A DNA stretch of 64,000 bases from Phaeosaccion multiseriatum (taxonomy: Eukaryota > Protista > Ochrophyta, other classes). A model generated the notes under the pieces. That model was not told the origin of the DNA and made no database searches. It saw only the letters and a program-made list of their open reading frames with translations. Each line of letters opens with the position of its first letter. Position 1 is the stretch's first letter. The stretch spans positions 2,108,001 to 2,172,000 of the forward strand of contig OZ218955.1 in assembly GCA_965112735.1 (NCBI GenBank), written 5' to 3'. Shown here piece by piece: positions 1 to 47,100 of this stretch. Made by a program: the position numbers and the translations under genes.

Positions 1-253
1 GGAAGGAAGGATGGAAGGAAGGAAGGAAGGAAGCAAGCAAGGAAGCAAGCAAGGAAGCAAGCAAGGGAGAAAGGGAGGAAGGAAGGAAGGAAGGAAGGAA
101 GGAAGGAAGGAAGGAAGGAAGGAAGGAAGGGAGGAAGGAAGGAAGGAAGGAAGGAAGGAAGGAAGGAAGCACGGAAGCACGGAAGGAAGGAAGGAAGGAA
201 GGAAGGAAGGAAGGAAGGAAGGAAGGAAGGAAGGAAGGAAGGAAGGAAGGAAG
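1..253. repeat. (GGAA)n microsatellite in dynein intron
   Basis: Direct reading. Confidence 0.95.
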
Positions 254-360
254 TGAGTAAGTGAGACCAAGTCAGTTATTCAGTCGGCCCAAGTCAGTCA
301 ACACCATAGCACTGGCACTAACACCAACACACCACAACACACTCGCACGCACGCACTCAC

Positions 361-30745
<30,385 letters not shown>

Positions 30746-31060
30746 ACTGCAGTGTAGCCTCCTCGACTACCACAAGAGCAGGACCAGAACCTGACCTCCA
30801 AGTCCAGGAGGGTCTCCCCTCCTTTAAAGCCGCGTGCGCACAACACGGTTCTCGATGCCTCTTGGTGCGCTCCCGCCCCTCTGGTTAGGCACTGCTTTCT
30901 CTGTGTGCTCTGCTTCCAGCTGTCTGACGCTTCACAAAAATCTAGGCTACCTTACTGCAGGACTAAAAATCTTATCTACGCTGTGCCCGCGTCTCTCTGT
31001 TGTAGCTGGATGTGGTGTCTACACCGCAATTGCTCAGGCGCCGGTTTCAGCAGTTTGAGT

Positions 31061-31110
31061 TTCTTTTTGGTCGACTTCGATTTTTGGTCGACATCGATTT
31101 TTGGTGTCGA
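31061..31110. promoter_or_regulatory. Putative promoter element upstream of dynein: tandem TTTTTGGTCGAC(T/A)TCGA
   Basis: 17-bp unit x2.5 about 320 bp upstream of the dynein ATG; function is inferred only. Confidence 0.35.
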
Positions 31111-31672
31111 GGCGCGACGCCAATCGCCTTCTAGGTGATTGGTCTCGGAGGTAAGTGAGCTCTCTTAAGGGCTATCCCTGTCTCATATCCATCCGTCCGT
31201 ATCCGGCCGATCCCATCATGTATTTGGGCTTGCGTCGGGCAAGTGAGTCAGCCGCCCTCTCTTCGCTGCTGCTCCTGCCCTGCTGCTCCTGAAACTGAAT
31301 TTGAAACCGACGCGAGCAGCCAATGCCCTCCTTCCTCTTGCCTCTCACAACCTCACAATCAACCCGATGAACGCTTACAATGGGAGCCCGATGAAAGCTA
31401 GGACGCTAGGCTTGAGTGACACTCTCCTCACGGCCAATACAATTCATTTCATCACTTTCCATTACAGTAATTAAAAAAAAAAAAAAATAACTAGCTTCAG
31501 TCTTACATTGTACCTAGGCACGCCCTTGGACGGAGAGCGGCAAGAGAAAGAGAGAGAGAGAGAGAGGGGGGGGGGGGGTATAGTGTGTGTCACAGAGAGA
31601 GACAGAGAGAAAGCGTCACAAAGAGAGTATCACACGTGTGCCACACATTTGCACAGAGAGAGCGGGAGAGCA

Positions 31673-32898
31673 TCACACATTGCTCTTCCTCCTACCCACG
31701 ATGAGGCTACTTTCCTCATCGTCATTCGCCTCCCCAGGGACCCCATCCACGTCATCACGCCCGCCCCCCGCCCCTCCTCCCGTCCCAATGCTGTCAGGCA
31801 TGACCCACCCTACCAGCAAAAGGCCGGGCAGACTCAGCAGTGCCATGAGGGCGCAAGCCAACGGGAAGGAACTCATGCACTTGGCCACGACCATCTCTTG
31901 CGTCACCGCAGCGCCCCCCTCGTCCTCTGTCATGTCATCGTACTCCCCTCCCCCCCCACCAAACCCTGGCCCTAGACCGCCCAAGCCGGCCATCCCACCG
32001 ACTCCCAAGCCATGCAACCCTGCAGAGGTGGGGCCTTGCCCTCCCCCGAAGAGTCCTCCTCCTCCTCCTCCTCCTCCTCCACTATCGTCGGCCATGAAGT
32101 CGTCATCGATCATGCCGTTCTCCTCCCGGGTGGTCCCCAGCGCGCCCGTTGTGAGTAAGCCGAGCGCCGCCGCCGCTGCAGCTGCGGATTCCACCCCTTG
32201 TACGAGCGTTGCTGCTGCTGCTGAGCCTACCGTGCCTATTGCCGCCGCCCCTGTCTGAAGAGCAGCACCCACTCCTTCCCCTCCTCCCCCTCCTCCTCCT
32301 CCCCCTCCTCCCTGCTCTGCTCCCCCTCTGCCTATTGACTCCACCGCATCACCCGCTTCCTTGGCCAACCCAACCGCTGTGGAGCCTGCTGCTGCTGCTG
32401 CGACGGCCGCCTTGCCCGCTCCTTGTGCTGCTTGTGCTGCCTGTTCCGCTGCTGCTGCTGCCGCCGCTGCAAAGCTCTTGGCGTGAGTCATGGCACAAGA
32501 AGGTACCCGCACGCGAGGGAGAGAATCCAACACTGCTCCTCCTGAAGGATGGGTACAAGAGAGCCCAAAACAAAGAGGGGAAGGGGGCGGGCAAGATCAG
32601 AGAAGGGCACACACACGCAAACGAGCAAGTTGGTGATACGCAGGGATGCAAGTTGCGCAAAGAGAAAGAAACGCCCACAGCACAACCTCCCTACGACTTA
32701 CATACCCTTACACACCCTTACATACCCACCCACCCACCCACCAAGCATGGGTCCCAGGGCCTCCCCCAGTCCGATGGAGATGGAGTGTAAGGAGGCTACA
32801 GAGTAGTCCGCGCCTCTGCCCAGGAAGGACGCGCTGTTCTGCATTGCCGTGAAGGAGGGCACCGCCGCTAATGCGCTGCCAATCTGTATGGGGGGGGG

Positions 32899-32933
<35 letters not shown>

Positions 32934-35609
32934 GAGGAGGAGGAGGAGGAGGAGGAGGAGGAGGAGGAGGAGGAAAGGGTGGAGGTGGTGGAGGAGGATA
33001 GCATGGATGAAGCAATGCACAGCACAGGCAAAGAGGACAACAAAGCAACGCAAAGCGGTGAGTGACGACACCGAAAGTTGGGGGCAAAACAGTGATTTGA
33101 GTAGAGAGACGTATTGAACTTGTTGGTGCAACGCAGGGATGGGGCTCTATTCCGATTAAGATGGACCGCCCATCCACTGCCATCCCCCCCCCCCCCCCTG
33201 ACACAAACGTACCTGAAACATGACTAATCCTAGTGAGATGAGCACCCTCAACGCTGTCGTGCTCTCGTACACCCCAGGGGGTACGAGGAAGGGCGGGTAA
33301 GGACCAAGGAAGAAGAGACTGATGCTGAGCACAAGGAAGCCCCACAGCATGGTGCGCTTGACACCGAGGGACTCTACAACGGTGCCTGCCTTGGCCGCCA
33401 TTATGCTGTACATGAGGTTGGGAAGGATGAAGAGGAGGCCTGTCGGGGGGGGGGCAGGGCAGGGCAGGGCAGGGTAGGGGAGGGTAGGGTAGGGGAGGAG
33501 AGGGGAGAGGTTACGGTACCTAACCCTTAGAAGTATCCCATACCCCATACCTATCTCACCATATCCCACCCGTAAATAAAATACATAACCTTACCTATGT
33601 TCCCCGGGGAGGTGGCAAGGCTGCGCTCCAAGTGGGGAGAGAGAGACACTTCCAAAAACCCTGTGCCATGCCATTGCAAGGAGCGAGGGAACAAAGGAGA
33701 TGAAGATGGAAAACAACTCACTGCTCACTGCTGTATCACCAACTGCTGTAATACCATCGACTGTATTACCAACTGCTCAATTTCCAACCACTTACCTATG
33801 AGCATATAGTTGTATGCGGTGATGACGGCCCCGCCAACCACCCCCCTCGAGCGCATCACCGTTCGGAGGGACACTCCCGCCACCTCCTCCTCGTCCACGC
33901 TGAACTCCTGTAAGTCACATGGAGGCATATGGAGGCATATGGAGGCATTATCATCATCACACACAGACACACACAGAGAGAGGAGAGAGACAGAGCATCA
34001 TCAGCATAAGGACATGAGGACACACAGACGAACACAGGCACATACATACGCGTACACACATATACACGCGAAAACATGCACACACACGCGCACACACATA
34101 CACACGCACACACGCACACACACACATACAAGCAGCGAGGACACCGAGAGGGAAGGCACATTGGGTTGGTTGTCGCGTCTCTTTTCACGAAATGTAGCGC
34201 GCTTCCTCTGACCCATGCACTGACTGCCCCTGACGTAAGCAATGAGCAACCTGTGCATACCACACTCTTGGTCTTACATTAGATAGTGCGAGTTTGGCGC
34301 GCACGTAAGGGCCCAGGAAGCACAGACTGAAGGGGAAGAGGCTCATGATCACGAACACGCCCTCCACGCCCCTGTGAGTGTGTGCAGGGGCAAGAGTGTG
34401 AGGTGTGAGGGGTGAGGTGAGCACCAGTGGGACCGGGGTGAGGGCGGGGACAGGAAAGGCACGAGAGGAGCAAGCGGGAGATGCGTAGGTCAAGCAAGGA
34501 GGAAGCAAGGCGGCCATCAATCACACACACACGCACGGACGGACGGACGGAGGCCACCCTCACCAGAAGGAGTGGACAAAGCCTCCCAGAGGGGGCCCTA
34601 CGACGAGCGCCAGTCCAGACCAGATCTGCACACAGACACAAGGGGGAGGCGGGGGAGGGGAACGGGGTGAGGTGGGGGCCGAGAAGGGGGGGGGGCGAGG
34701 TGGAGTGGGGTGGAGTGGGGTGGGGTGGGGTGGGCAGGGGCGAGCTGTCAGGACAGACGTGAGCTTGAAGGATGCGATGCCAAGCGAGGGGCAGGAGCGC
34801 CGACGGAAGGAACATGGAGCATTGGTGTTTGTTGGCACCCGCCCCCCCCTAGCTCCTCCCCTCGCCTCCACTCCATTCTATTCCACTCCATTCCACTCCG
34901 CTCCATTCCACTCCCTTCTCCTCCTTTCCTCTCAGCAAGCGAGAGGACCACCGCACGTAATACATGAGCGTGCGTGTGTGCGTGTGTGCGTGTGTGAGTG
35001 CGTGTGTGCCTTACGTACCTCGATACCCCCCATGGCGTCTGTGAGATTGTCAGGGAAGGCCGAAAGCAGCGCCAAGCTACTCACGTGCACGAAACTGAGG
35101 GGCAAAGAAAGCACAGCCATGACACAACAAGAGGGGAGGAGGAGGGAGGAGGAGGGAGGAGGAGGGAGGAGGAGGGAGGGCGATGGGTGAGCACAACGAC
35201 CAAAGAAGGGATACTTCGAAATACTTTGAATGGCGAAATGAATGAGAGAGAGAGAGAAAGAAAGAGAGAGAGAGAGAGGGCGCCAATAGAGGGCGCCACA
35301 CCACACCACACCACACCACACCGCGTTCCGCCCACCTGAGACTCGCGCCATGCATGCCGCTGGCGAGGTAGAGGCCTGTGACGGATGATGTGAGGCCGTA
35401 CATTGCCGTGCCAGCTGTGAGCAGCACCAGGCCCACGAAGAGGAGGTTCCAGTTGCCAAAGCGCCGCATGAGATAGCCTGAGGGAGGGGGGGAGTGAGAG
35501 AGTGGGCGAGTGAGTGAGTGAGTAAATGGGTGAGTGCGTGAGCGCGTGAGCGCGTACGTTCGTTCGTGTGTGCGTGAGTTCGTGAGAAACGGCCTGACTG
35601 ACTGGCTGA

Positions 35610-35640
<31 letters not shown>

Positions 35641-36663
35641 ACTGACTGACTGACTGACTGACTGACTGACTGACTGACTGACTGTCGCACTGACGCACCG
35701 CAGCACGGCGAGGTGGCAATATTGACGACGGGGTAAGCGCTCATTATCATTCCTATCTGCGTGGGGCTGCAGCCGAAGCGTGTTTCCGCGTAGAGAGGGA
35801 AGAACGGCCCCAGCGCCCCGTAGGTAAGGGCATTGGAGAAGGCCACTGCGGATGCTGTCATGTACAGGAGGCGGTAGGCACCGCTCTTCTTTGTCTTCTT
35901 GTTGTTGATGGCGATAGAACCAGAGCCTCGCCCTTGCTTGAGCCTGGCGAGGAGAGTCAGTCAGGGTGGGGTGTGGTGTGTGGGTCAGCGTCTAAATGTC
36001 CCTTCAGAGCCTCTCTTTTGCTCTCTCTCTCTGCTCACAGTTTCTCTTTCGCTGCCCCTCTCTCTCCTCGCTCTCCCTCCCTCTCGCCTCTTCCTCTCTT
36101 CTCTCTCTCTCTCTCTCTCTGCTCGCTCGCTCGCTCTCTCTCTCTCCCACACCGACACACCACACCGACACCCGTCATCGCTCACCTCTGGAGCGTCCTT
36201 GAGCAGGAAGCCAAGCACCACGCCAGAGACCTGTGATGGAGACGCCTCTGAGCGGGAGAGAACTTCCCGCTACTGCTATTGCTGTTGCTATTGCTATTGC
36301 CAGCCGCAAGGCCACTGCCGCTGCCAACATCGTGGGTAGGCAGACTGGTCTGCACGGAGGGCCGCCTGCTGGACACTTTGCTCTTCTTTCCGCCCACCGC
36401 GGCGCTCGTGCTGACGGAGAAAGACGGACCCCGCGGCAAGTCTCCGTCCTGTGAAGCACCCTGCGCAGGGAGGAAGAGGAGGCCGGCCAAGAGAGGTGGA
36501 AGGCAAGGTGGTTTTGGGGTAACGCGCGTGACAGTGTTCTTCCGGCTCTTTTCATCCTACTTACCCGAGTTCTGCTTCTCCTCTTCATCTCAAGAGGAAT
36601 CTCCTTCTTCTTTTTTGTCCTCCATAGAGGCCATCCCTCCCCGAACAGCCGCCCGCTGCTCAT
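31673..36663 (-). CDS. MFS transporter, SLC18B1/vesicular amine transporter-like (~12 exons)
   Basis: In-frame spliced exons 36663-36565, 36460-36186, 35943-~35699 (YGALGPFFPLYAETRFGCSPTQIGMIMSAY), then AFPDNLTDAMGGIE/IWSGLALVVGPPLGGF, GFLEVSLSPHL, IGLLFILPNLMYSI and IGLGEALGPMLGG. Stop at 31673-31675. The start exon is less certain. Confidence 0.82.
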
Positions 36664-37016
36664 GCTACCGCCTATCCTCTGCCCCCCCTTCTTCTCCCGT
36701 GCGTTCCCCTCCTCCTCCCCTATCTATCCTCTGCTGATGAAGAGCACCTCCGCGGCATCATGGCCAGCCCTGCTGCGTCAGGAGCAGGAAAGGACACCAC
36801 TCAAGCGATGAGTCTCTCTCTCGCTAACGGCGTTGTCGAGAGAAAGGAGGTGTTTGTAACGCTTCCGGCCCGCGTACCCGCCACACGAGGTTAACGAGAG
36901 AGCTCCCCTACAGATGCTGATGTTGCTGCTGTTGGTGCTTTCGTTCTCAAGCGTGTGAGGAACTATAAAAGAGAGGGCGGAGGCACAAAAACTGGAGTCG
37001 CCTTCGCACATTCCGG

Positions 37017-37167
37017 ATGGCAGCCAGTGGAACAATGATGACGAGATTCGAAAAAAAAACTAGATGGGAGAGGGACGCCATGGGACAGGAGGCTGTCGGT
37101 CTTAGAGCCAGAGGAAGGGTGAGAGGGGCAGGGGCAGGGGCAGGAGTAGAAGGGGGAGCAGGAGCGG

Positions 37168-37204
<37 letters not shown>

Positions 37205-38438
37205 GAGGGAGGAGGAGGAGGATGTTCAACGGCAGCAGGGGGAAGAGAAGTGGTGGAGGGACAAGGAAGGGTATGCCATGCGTGTCCCGAGATCGATGTG
37301 GACTACGCCCAGTCCTGAAGGGTCCCCCTCTACCGGGGCGGCGCCGGTGAGGGGAGGGAGGGAGTCAGGAAAGGTGCCCGATGTGTGCACCACTCCTCCC
37401 ATGGACAGCAGCGAGGGCTGGAACCGCGATTGGGACGGCAGCCTCTCGCCCGAGAGGCCCGATCTCCGCACCCCCATCGACAGCAGCGAGGGCCGAAACC
37501 TGATTTGGATATTTTTGAAGCTCCTCTTTTCCTCGGCGATCTCGGCCTTCATGTGGGTACCCGCAGTGGTGGTCCTTTCACTCCAAGCGAAGCGCATCAA
37601 GCGGCGGCATGCCCAGTACCAACACTACGTGTACGGCCGAGCGTTCCCCGAGAATCAGCCGGAGGATACAGGAGGTGACGGCTTCCGTCTCAGCCCTCAG
37701 AGTGTGCGTCGCAGGGGCAGCAGCGGTCGCATCGGAAGAGATCCATCCACCAAAGCGGCAGAGAAACCGAGAGGAGGAGCGAGAAGTGGAAAGACACACG
37801 GGCCGCCTCCGCTGCATCCTTCCTTCCTTTACTGCTATGTCATCGTACCCACGCTGCTCTACTTGTTCACGCCTGGAGTATACTATATGGCCGTGTTCGT
37901 CGTGGTGTTCTTCGGCTGCTGCGCACCCTTGCTCGCCCTTTGGGCCGCCTCCCTCTTCCACTTGTGCGAGGGTATGGAGAAGCGCCCCTTGGTGACGCTG
38001 CTCAAGCTTCCCGTTGCCCTGGCCCTTGTGGGGGCCCTTTCCGGGGTCCTGATTGCGGTCCTCACTCCCGTGGTGGTGGTCATGCTGACCATCGCGGCGT
38101 TTTGGGGTCTCATGGAAGCGCCCTTTTGGTACCTCCTGGCGCCCCTCCTCTACGCCGTCCTGCTGGCAGGCGGAAACATTGAGGCGATGATTTTTGAGGC
38201 CTGCCCCATCCTAAAGTGGGCGCCCACCCACACCCTGCTACCCGAGAAGGGCACCTTTCCCTCGCACCCCAAGCTGCTAAAGCTGGAGGTGACCACGGCC
38301 ACGGCGGCAAGGCCGTGCCTCGTCGCGGTGCTCAAGGTGGTGATGAAGGTGTACAACGAGACGCTGCTGTTCTTTAACCGCATGGGCTTCAGCCTCGTCA
38401 TGCTGAACTTGAACGAGTTCTCGGGGTTCCTTGTGTAA
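37017..38438 (+). CDS. Hypothetical multi-pass membrane protein (473 aa, apparently intronless)
   Basis: Long ORF free of microsatellites, with coding-like GC3 and several hydrophobic helices; no family recognised; the start could be 37035 or 37080. Confidence 0.65.
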
Positions 38439-39799
38439 GTAGCCCTGGCGCTGTGTGGCTTTGCCCTCCTCTGCGTGCCTCACCCTGCTCTTCTCGTAGA
38501 GGGAGGGTGATGTAACGGAAGGAGAAATTTTTGTGTGTGTGGGTGAGTGAGTTTAGTTTGTCTTCCTTCTCCCTTCTCCCTTCCCCTTCCCCAAACTTGT
38601 TTTGAGGGAAAAGGTGGGGCGAGAGAGGAGAAAGAGAGACCCCGCGGGGGGGAGGGGGGCAGGGGGGCGGGGGGAGGGGGCAGGGGGACGGGGCAGGGGG
38701 CAGAGGAGCGGCTGCAGCCCCCCATCTTCGGAGTTTTGTTGGCCTGCCGATCAAGCCCATGCCACGCAAGTGGGATCTCCGAGAGGGGCCCCCCAGCTGG
38801 TACGATTGGCCATTTTAAAGAGGCGAATCGAGCTCGAGGAGGAGCAAAGGCATCATCGGGAGCGCACGAGGACCGACTTTTGCCGTCTTGTGTCCGGCTG
38901 CGTGGGTGCGTGTGTGCGGGTGGCCTCGTGTGTGTGGGGGGGGGGGGTGTTAATACATGTATGGATAGCATCGCTTCGACGGGACGATTTATCAGCGGCG
39001 TGCCCTACCTATAGGGCTCTACCAGCAGCAGGGGTTCTCGTGTTGATCGACGATCGATATGCTTCTACGTCCTTGTCCACTCGGGGCTTTTCTGCTGCTC
39101 TGCCCATGGGGAGAAAGGACTGTGGAGGACGGGGGCTGTGCCCTGCTCTCTCTCTCTCTCTCGCCTGCGGCAGCGTGCCTTATCTGCTTGCAAGGGACGA
39201 TGTTGTTGCAGTCCGTGCGGTGGCGGCAGAGCGCGATCGGTGAGGCGGGCGGGTAGTCAAGTAGTCGAGCAGTCAAACAGTCAAGTAGTCAGACAGCCTT
39301 GAACAAAAGGTGATCCTGTTGTGGAAGGGAGGGTTGGGGGGGAGGGGGAGGACAGAGCTCCGTAGCAGGACAGCACAGCGCAGGTCGCCTCCAAAGGCGC
39401 TCTACATGTGGCTCTCGGAGTTTGGGGGGGGGGGGAGGGGCTCAAGGAGGGGAGGAAGGGAGGAGGGTAGATGCACGGGTGTGCGGTGCGGGGAGGGCAG
39501 GGCGCTCGGCCCACAAATGTTTTTTATGAATGTTTTGAATGTAGGAGAAGGGGCTGAATAGTAAGGGCCGTCGTTGGGTCCAAACAAAATGCTCTATAAA
39601 AGTTATGTACAAAAAGAGATGCGGTAACACAATGCATCCCTGCCCTACTTGGGGGATGTATGTGTGGTATGGTAAAACTATGCATCCCCACTCTACCTCG
39701 CCCCCCCCTCCACCCTCCACCTCTCTCTCTCTTGGTGAAATGGTATGTATGTGCGTGTAAAAGAGGACGACACAAGAGATGTCTCTCCCAGCGAAGACA

Positions 39800-39846
<47 letters not shown>

Positions 39847-39872
39847 CCCTGTGTGTACCTTTTGTACTATCT

Positions 39873-42791
<2,919 letters not shown>

Positions 42792-43117
42792 CCACTCAAG
42801 CGCGGAGAGGGCTGAAGTTTGAAGGCACGAATAAGGAGAGCCCCTCCCTCGCTATCGCCTGCCACCTCCTGTCCCACCTTCCTCCTGATACCCTGCTGCT
42901 GCGGATGTCATGTTCGACACACCTCGCCTCACAGCAACGACAGGGGCACCACGGCCACGCGACCGAATGTTGCTTTGCGCGTACGAATTGGGATGAATTG
43001 GCGGGTGTGGCCATGCCATATGTCGCCCCTTGAAATTGTCATTGGAAACTGTTTTACTATTATACATTTTCTTTTTTTTGGACACCTCATCCTCAATCAG
43101 GGCCTACGAGACAAAAG

Positions 43118-44936
43118 ATGGGCAAGCGGCGTCTGCGCTTGGTTTGCCTCTCGTGCCTCGCGTCCCTGCCAGGACTGCAGGGATACGTGCTCCGGCCGTC
43201 CATCCAGGTGCATGGAGTCCACCGCGGGAGAAATAGACGGGATGAGGGAGGACAAGGTGGTGGCGTGGGCGGGAAGCGGAGGACGCGTCGCTGGCTGGTG
43301 CCCGTTGAGAAGGCGGGGATAAGAGAGAGGGCGACGCTCGATGCATCTCCTGGTCAATTGATACCGAACGCAGAAGGCGCCACCGCCGTGCCATTACGAT
43401 CATCGGGGCTGGTAGAGGACGGAGTATTTCCTGTAGCGAGAACTGCAACAGACCACCTTCCCGATGGACAACAGGCCTTGAACTCTTCCTTCTACATCTT
43501 GATGGGCCTCCTCTTCTCGGTAACGCTCATTGGCGCCCTCGGTAAGCAGCAAAGCAGCATCTCGGCCCCTTGGTGGGCACTGCGTTCCGTTTCGAATATG
43601 CGATTCCCAGCCTCCCCCCCTGGTGCACCACTGCTAAGACGCCCCTTCCTCTCACGCCTCGCACCTCGCGCCTCAGACCGGGTGGCCATGTCCGTGGCTA
43701 TTCTGCCCATGGCGGAGCAGTTCGGCTACTCGGACACCACCAAGGGCCTCATTAGCAGCATGTTCAGGTGTCATCCCCCCCTCCCCCCTCTCCATGTACC
43801 ATACCCCTCTTGCTGCTTCTTGCCTGGGCACAGCTTGCCTCCCCCCTCTCACAACCCACCCCCTGCCCCCGCTGTGCCATTCACCTGCCTCCCTTGTCTG
43901 CATTCATTGGCTGTGGTGTCGCTTTGCTTTCTCGCCTTCCGTAGCTGGGGCTACATGGCAGCCCTTCTCCCCGCAGGCTTGAGCGGACTGGTGTTCTCCC
44001 CCAAGGTAGTCATGAGTGCAGGAGTGGCCCTGTGGTCGGTAGCACAGATGCTGAGCCCCTATGCCGCCGGAGCGTCCTTCCCAGCCCTGCTCGGAGCGAG
44101 ATTCGTTATGGGGGCGTCAGAGGCTGTTCTCTTACCTACCATCCAGGTGAGTGAGTGAGTGAGTGAGTGAGTGAGTGAGTGAGTGAGTGAGTGAGTGAGT
44201 GAGTGAGTGAGTGAGTGAGTGGGTGAGTGAGTGAGTGAGTGAGTGAGTGAGTGAGTGAGTGAGTGAGTGAGTGAGTGAGTGAGTGAGTGAGTGAGTGAGT
44301 GAGTGAGTGAGTGAGTGAGTGAGTGAGTGAGTGAGTGAGTGAGTGAGTGAGTGAGTGAGTGAGTGAGGGAGTGAGTCTGTCAGTCCAGTCAGTCAGTCCT
44401 GCTTTGGTGGCTGGCTCTCAGCCCTCATGGCAGTCACCTCATAGGCACCATGAGGCTAGACCGGGCTTGCTTGCTTCGCCCCGCCTCTGACGCGCCTCGT
44501 CTCACGCTCTTTCACTGCCATCGTCATCCACTGCCATCCTCATCCACTGCTATCCCACCCGTCCCCATCCTCTCTCGCAGGGTCTTGTGAGGGACCGCGT
44601 GCCCGCAGACCGCCGCGCCTTTTGGCTGTCCATCATTGTCAGCGGCTTTCAGTTCGGCACGGTCTCCGCGTACTTGTGCTCTCCAGTCATCATGTAAGAG
44701 AGCGACGAAGAGAGACTGATAGAGCGGGAGAGAGAGAGAGAGGGATGGAGGGAGGGAGAAAGATGCTGAGAGAATGAGGTGAGGGAGAGAGAGTGAGCGA
44801 GAAAGGGGGGGAGTTGGTGCATTAGAGGCGTGCCTGGTGCTATGCTCCACTGCCCTGCTGGATGCCACCTCCCGGCCGGTGGACGGACAGCAGTTGCCCG
44901 TTGTTGCCCGTGTCTACTTACACACCCCTTCTTCGC

Positions 44937-45006
<70 letters not shown>

Positions 45007-47100
45007 GCTGTTGCTGCTGCTGTTGCTGTTGCTGTTGTTGTTGTTGTTGTGGTTGTTGTTGTTATGGTTGTTGTTGTTGTTATTGTTTTGCTTATTCGCT
45101 GCATACTTTCCTTGTAGCTCGAAGTTGGGGTGGGAACTCCTTTTTGTGACGTACGGGCTTGTGGGGTTTGCGTGGCTGGCGCTCTGGGTCCCCCTCATCA
45201 AGGGAAAGGCGGCACAGACCCCACCTCCCCCACTGCCAGCCTCACTGCCAGCCTCACTGCCAGCCTCAGACTCAGACTCTCTCCTACCACCGTCACAAGT
45301 GTCACAAGCCAGTAGTAGTAGCGGTAGGAGCAGTGAAAGGGAAGCAGTCCTTATGGCGGCAAGCAAAGAGGAGAAGCAAATCAACGGGGAGGTGGCGCTA
45401 GGCCAGCCAGGGGCTGTGGGTGTGGGTGCGGGTGCGGACAGCAGCGGGAGCAGCGGGAGCAGCAGCAGTAGCATGGGCGCAGAAGCAGCAGCAGAAGGCG
45501 TCGGTGGATTCCGCACTGTAATGAGTCAATTGGAGGGGGTGCCTTGGCGGCAAATCTCCCGAGACAGGCGCATTTGGGGCATCACAGGGGCCCACATTGC
45601 TCACAACGTGGGGCTGTACTTCCTCCTGGCGTGGTTGCCCAGCTACTACTATCAGACGTTCGGTATGTCGCTTGCACAGAGCTCTAACGCCAGCGTCGAG
45701 CCGTGGATAGTCGGTGCGATTACAGGCACGACATCGGCGTGGTGTGTCGATAAGGTAGGTGTGTGCATCGGTGCGTGGATGTTGGTCAGAGTGTCTTGTC
45801 TTCGACCCTCTGTCTCTCCTGTATTGCCTCTTGCCTCTTGCCTCTTGTTTCTTCTCACTCCCCTCCTTCTCTTTTCTATCTCTCTTTGTTCTGTGCTCTG
45901 AGGTACGACGAATGTGCCGCACACCCCCCTCCCTCACTTGTCCCCGACCCCCCGCCCCCCTCCCTCCCCCTTCCCTCGCCGCCTTTCAGCTCGTCAAGAC
46001 AGAAGTACTGTCTCTGACAAAGGCACGCAAGCTGTTTCAGACGGTCGGCATGCTCGGACCAGCCACGTGTATGGGCCTGCTCGCTCAGGTGGGTGTGTGT
46101 ATGTGTGTATGTACATACGTATGTATGGTGTGTGTGTATGTGTGTATGTACGTGTGTATGTATGTACGTATGTATGTATGTATGTATGTATGATTGTATG
46201 TATGTATGTACATATTATGCTGCATGTGTGACTTGGGCTGACGATCCACAGTAACGGGTGCTAAGAATCCCCTCGCCCCTCTCTCTCTCTCTTGCGTGCT
46301 TCATTCGTGCACCCCCTGCCACAACCCAAACACATACTCTCTGCTGCTTACCTGCATGCACGCACGCACTCACGCACGCACGCACGCCCTTCCTCACTCT
46401 TTTAGGGAGCGGCCACCCCCGATAATGCCTCAACCCTCTTCACCCTCGCTGTGGGCCTCGGAGCGGTGAGTGGGTGTCAGGACAGTGAGTGGATGTCAGG
46501 ACAAAGGGTATCAGGACAGTGAGTGCAAGTGCGGTCCGCTTGCGCGTGACCCCCTGACACCCTGTACTGGAAGCAAGGGGGCTGAAGGGGCCCAGCACGC
46601 TACAGCCCTGACTCTCCCCTCCCTCTGCCTTGACCGACTCTGCTCTGCTCTGCTCTGCGTGTCCCTCTCCTCCCTCTTGCCTCTCTTGCCTCATCTTCTT
46701 GCCTTCTTCCTACCTCCTCCTCTCTACAGGCCTCCACCGCCGGGTGGGGGGCTTCTGTGCAAGACCTACAGACGCGGTGAGAAGCAAAGCGAAGCTCAGC
46801 TCGCTATGGGCCCCAGCCATCCCCTGCCGTCCTGACACGTTTAATTCACGCACCTCCCCCCCTGCCCATCTCCTGCCATCCCTTGCCAGCTACACGACCG
46901 TCATCTACTCGCTGACGTCAGTCGCTGCCGTGGTGTGCGGCTCGCTGGGCACCTATGTGACGGGTGTGATTCTCGACAACACCCACTCCTGGGACAGCGT
47001 CTTCAACCTCGCAGCAGCCGTGTATTTGTTTGGCTTTGTGGCCTACACAAGCCTCTACGAAGCTAAGCCTTTTGTGGTGGAGGGAGAGGAAGAGGCATAG
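43118..47100 (+). CDS. Anion:cation symporter (SLC17/ACS family), PHT4/ANTR-like, probably plastid-targeted
   Basis: Exons include 43118-43541, 43677-43767 (DRVAMSVAILPMAEQFGY..KGLISSMF), 43945-44146 (WGY..RFVMGASEAVLLPTI), 44581-44693, 45118-45754 (LAWLPSYY), ~45990-46088, ~46406-46465, 46730-46776 and ~46890-47100 (HSWDSVFNLAA). N-terminal signal ..PGLQG-YV. Confidence 0.88.
44147..44370. repeat. (GTGA)n microsatellite beginning exactly at a 5' splice site
   Basis: CAG|gtgagtgagtgag... Confidence 0.95.

Noticed and set aside
31473-31487. Poly(A) tail of a retroelement
   Set aside because: No element body or target-site duplication seen; it lies in the 3' region of the minus-strand MFS gene
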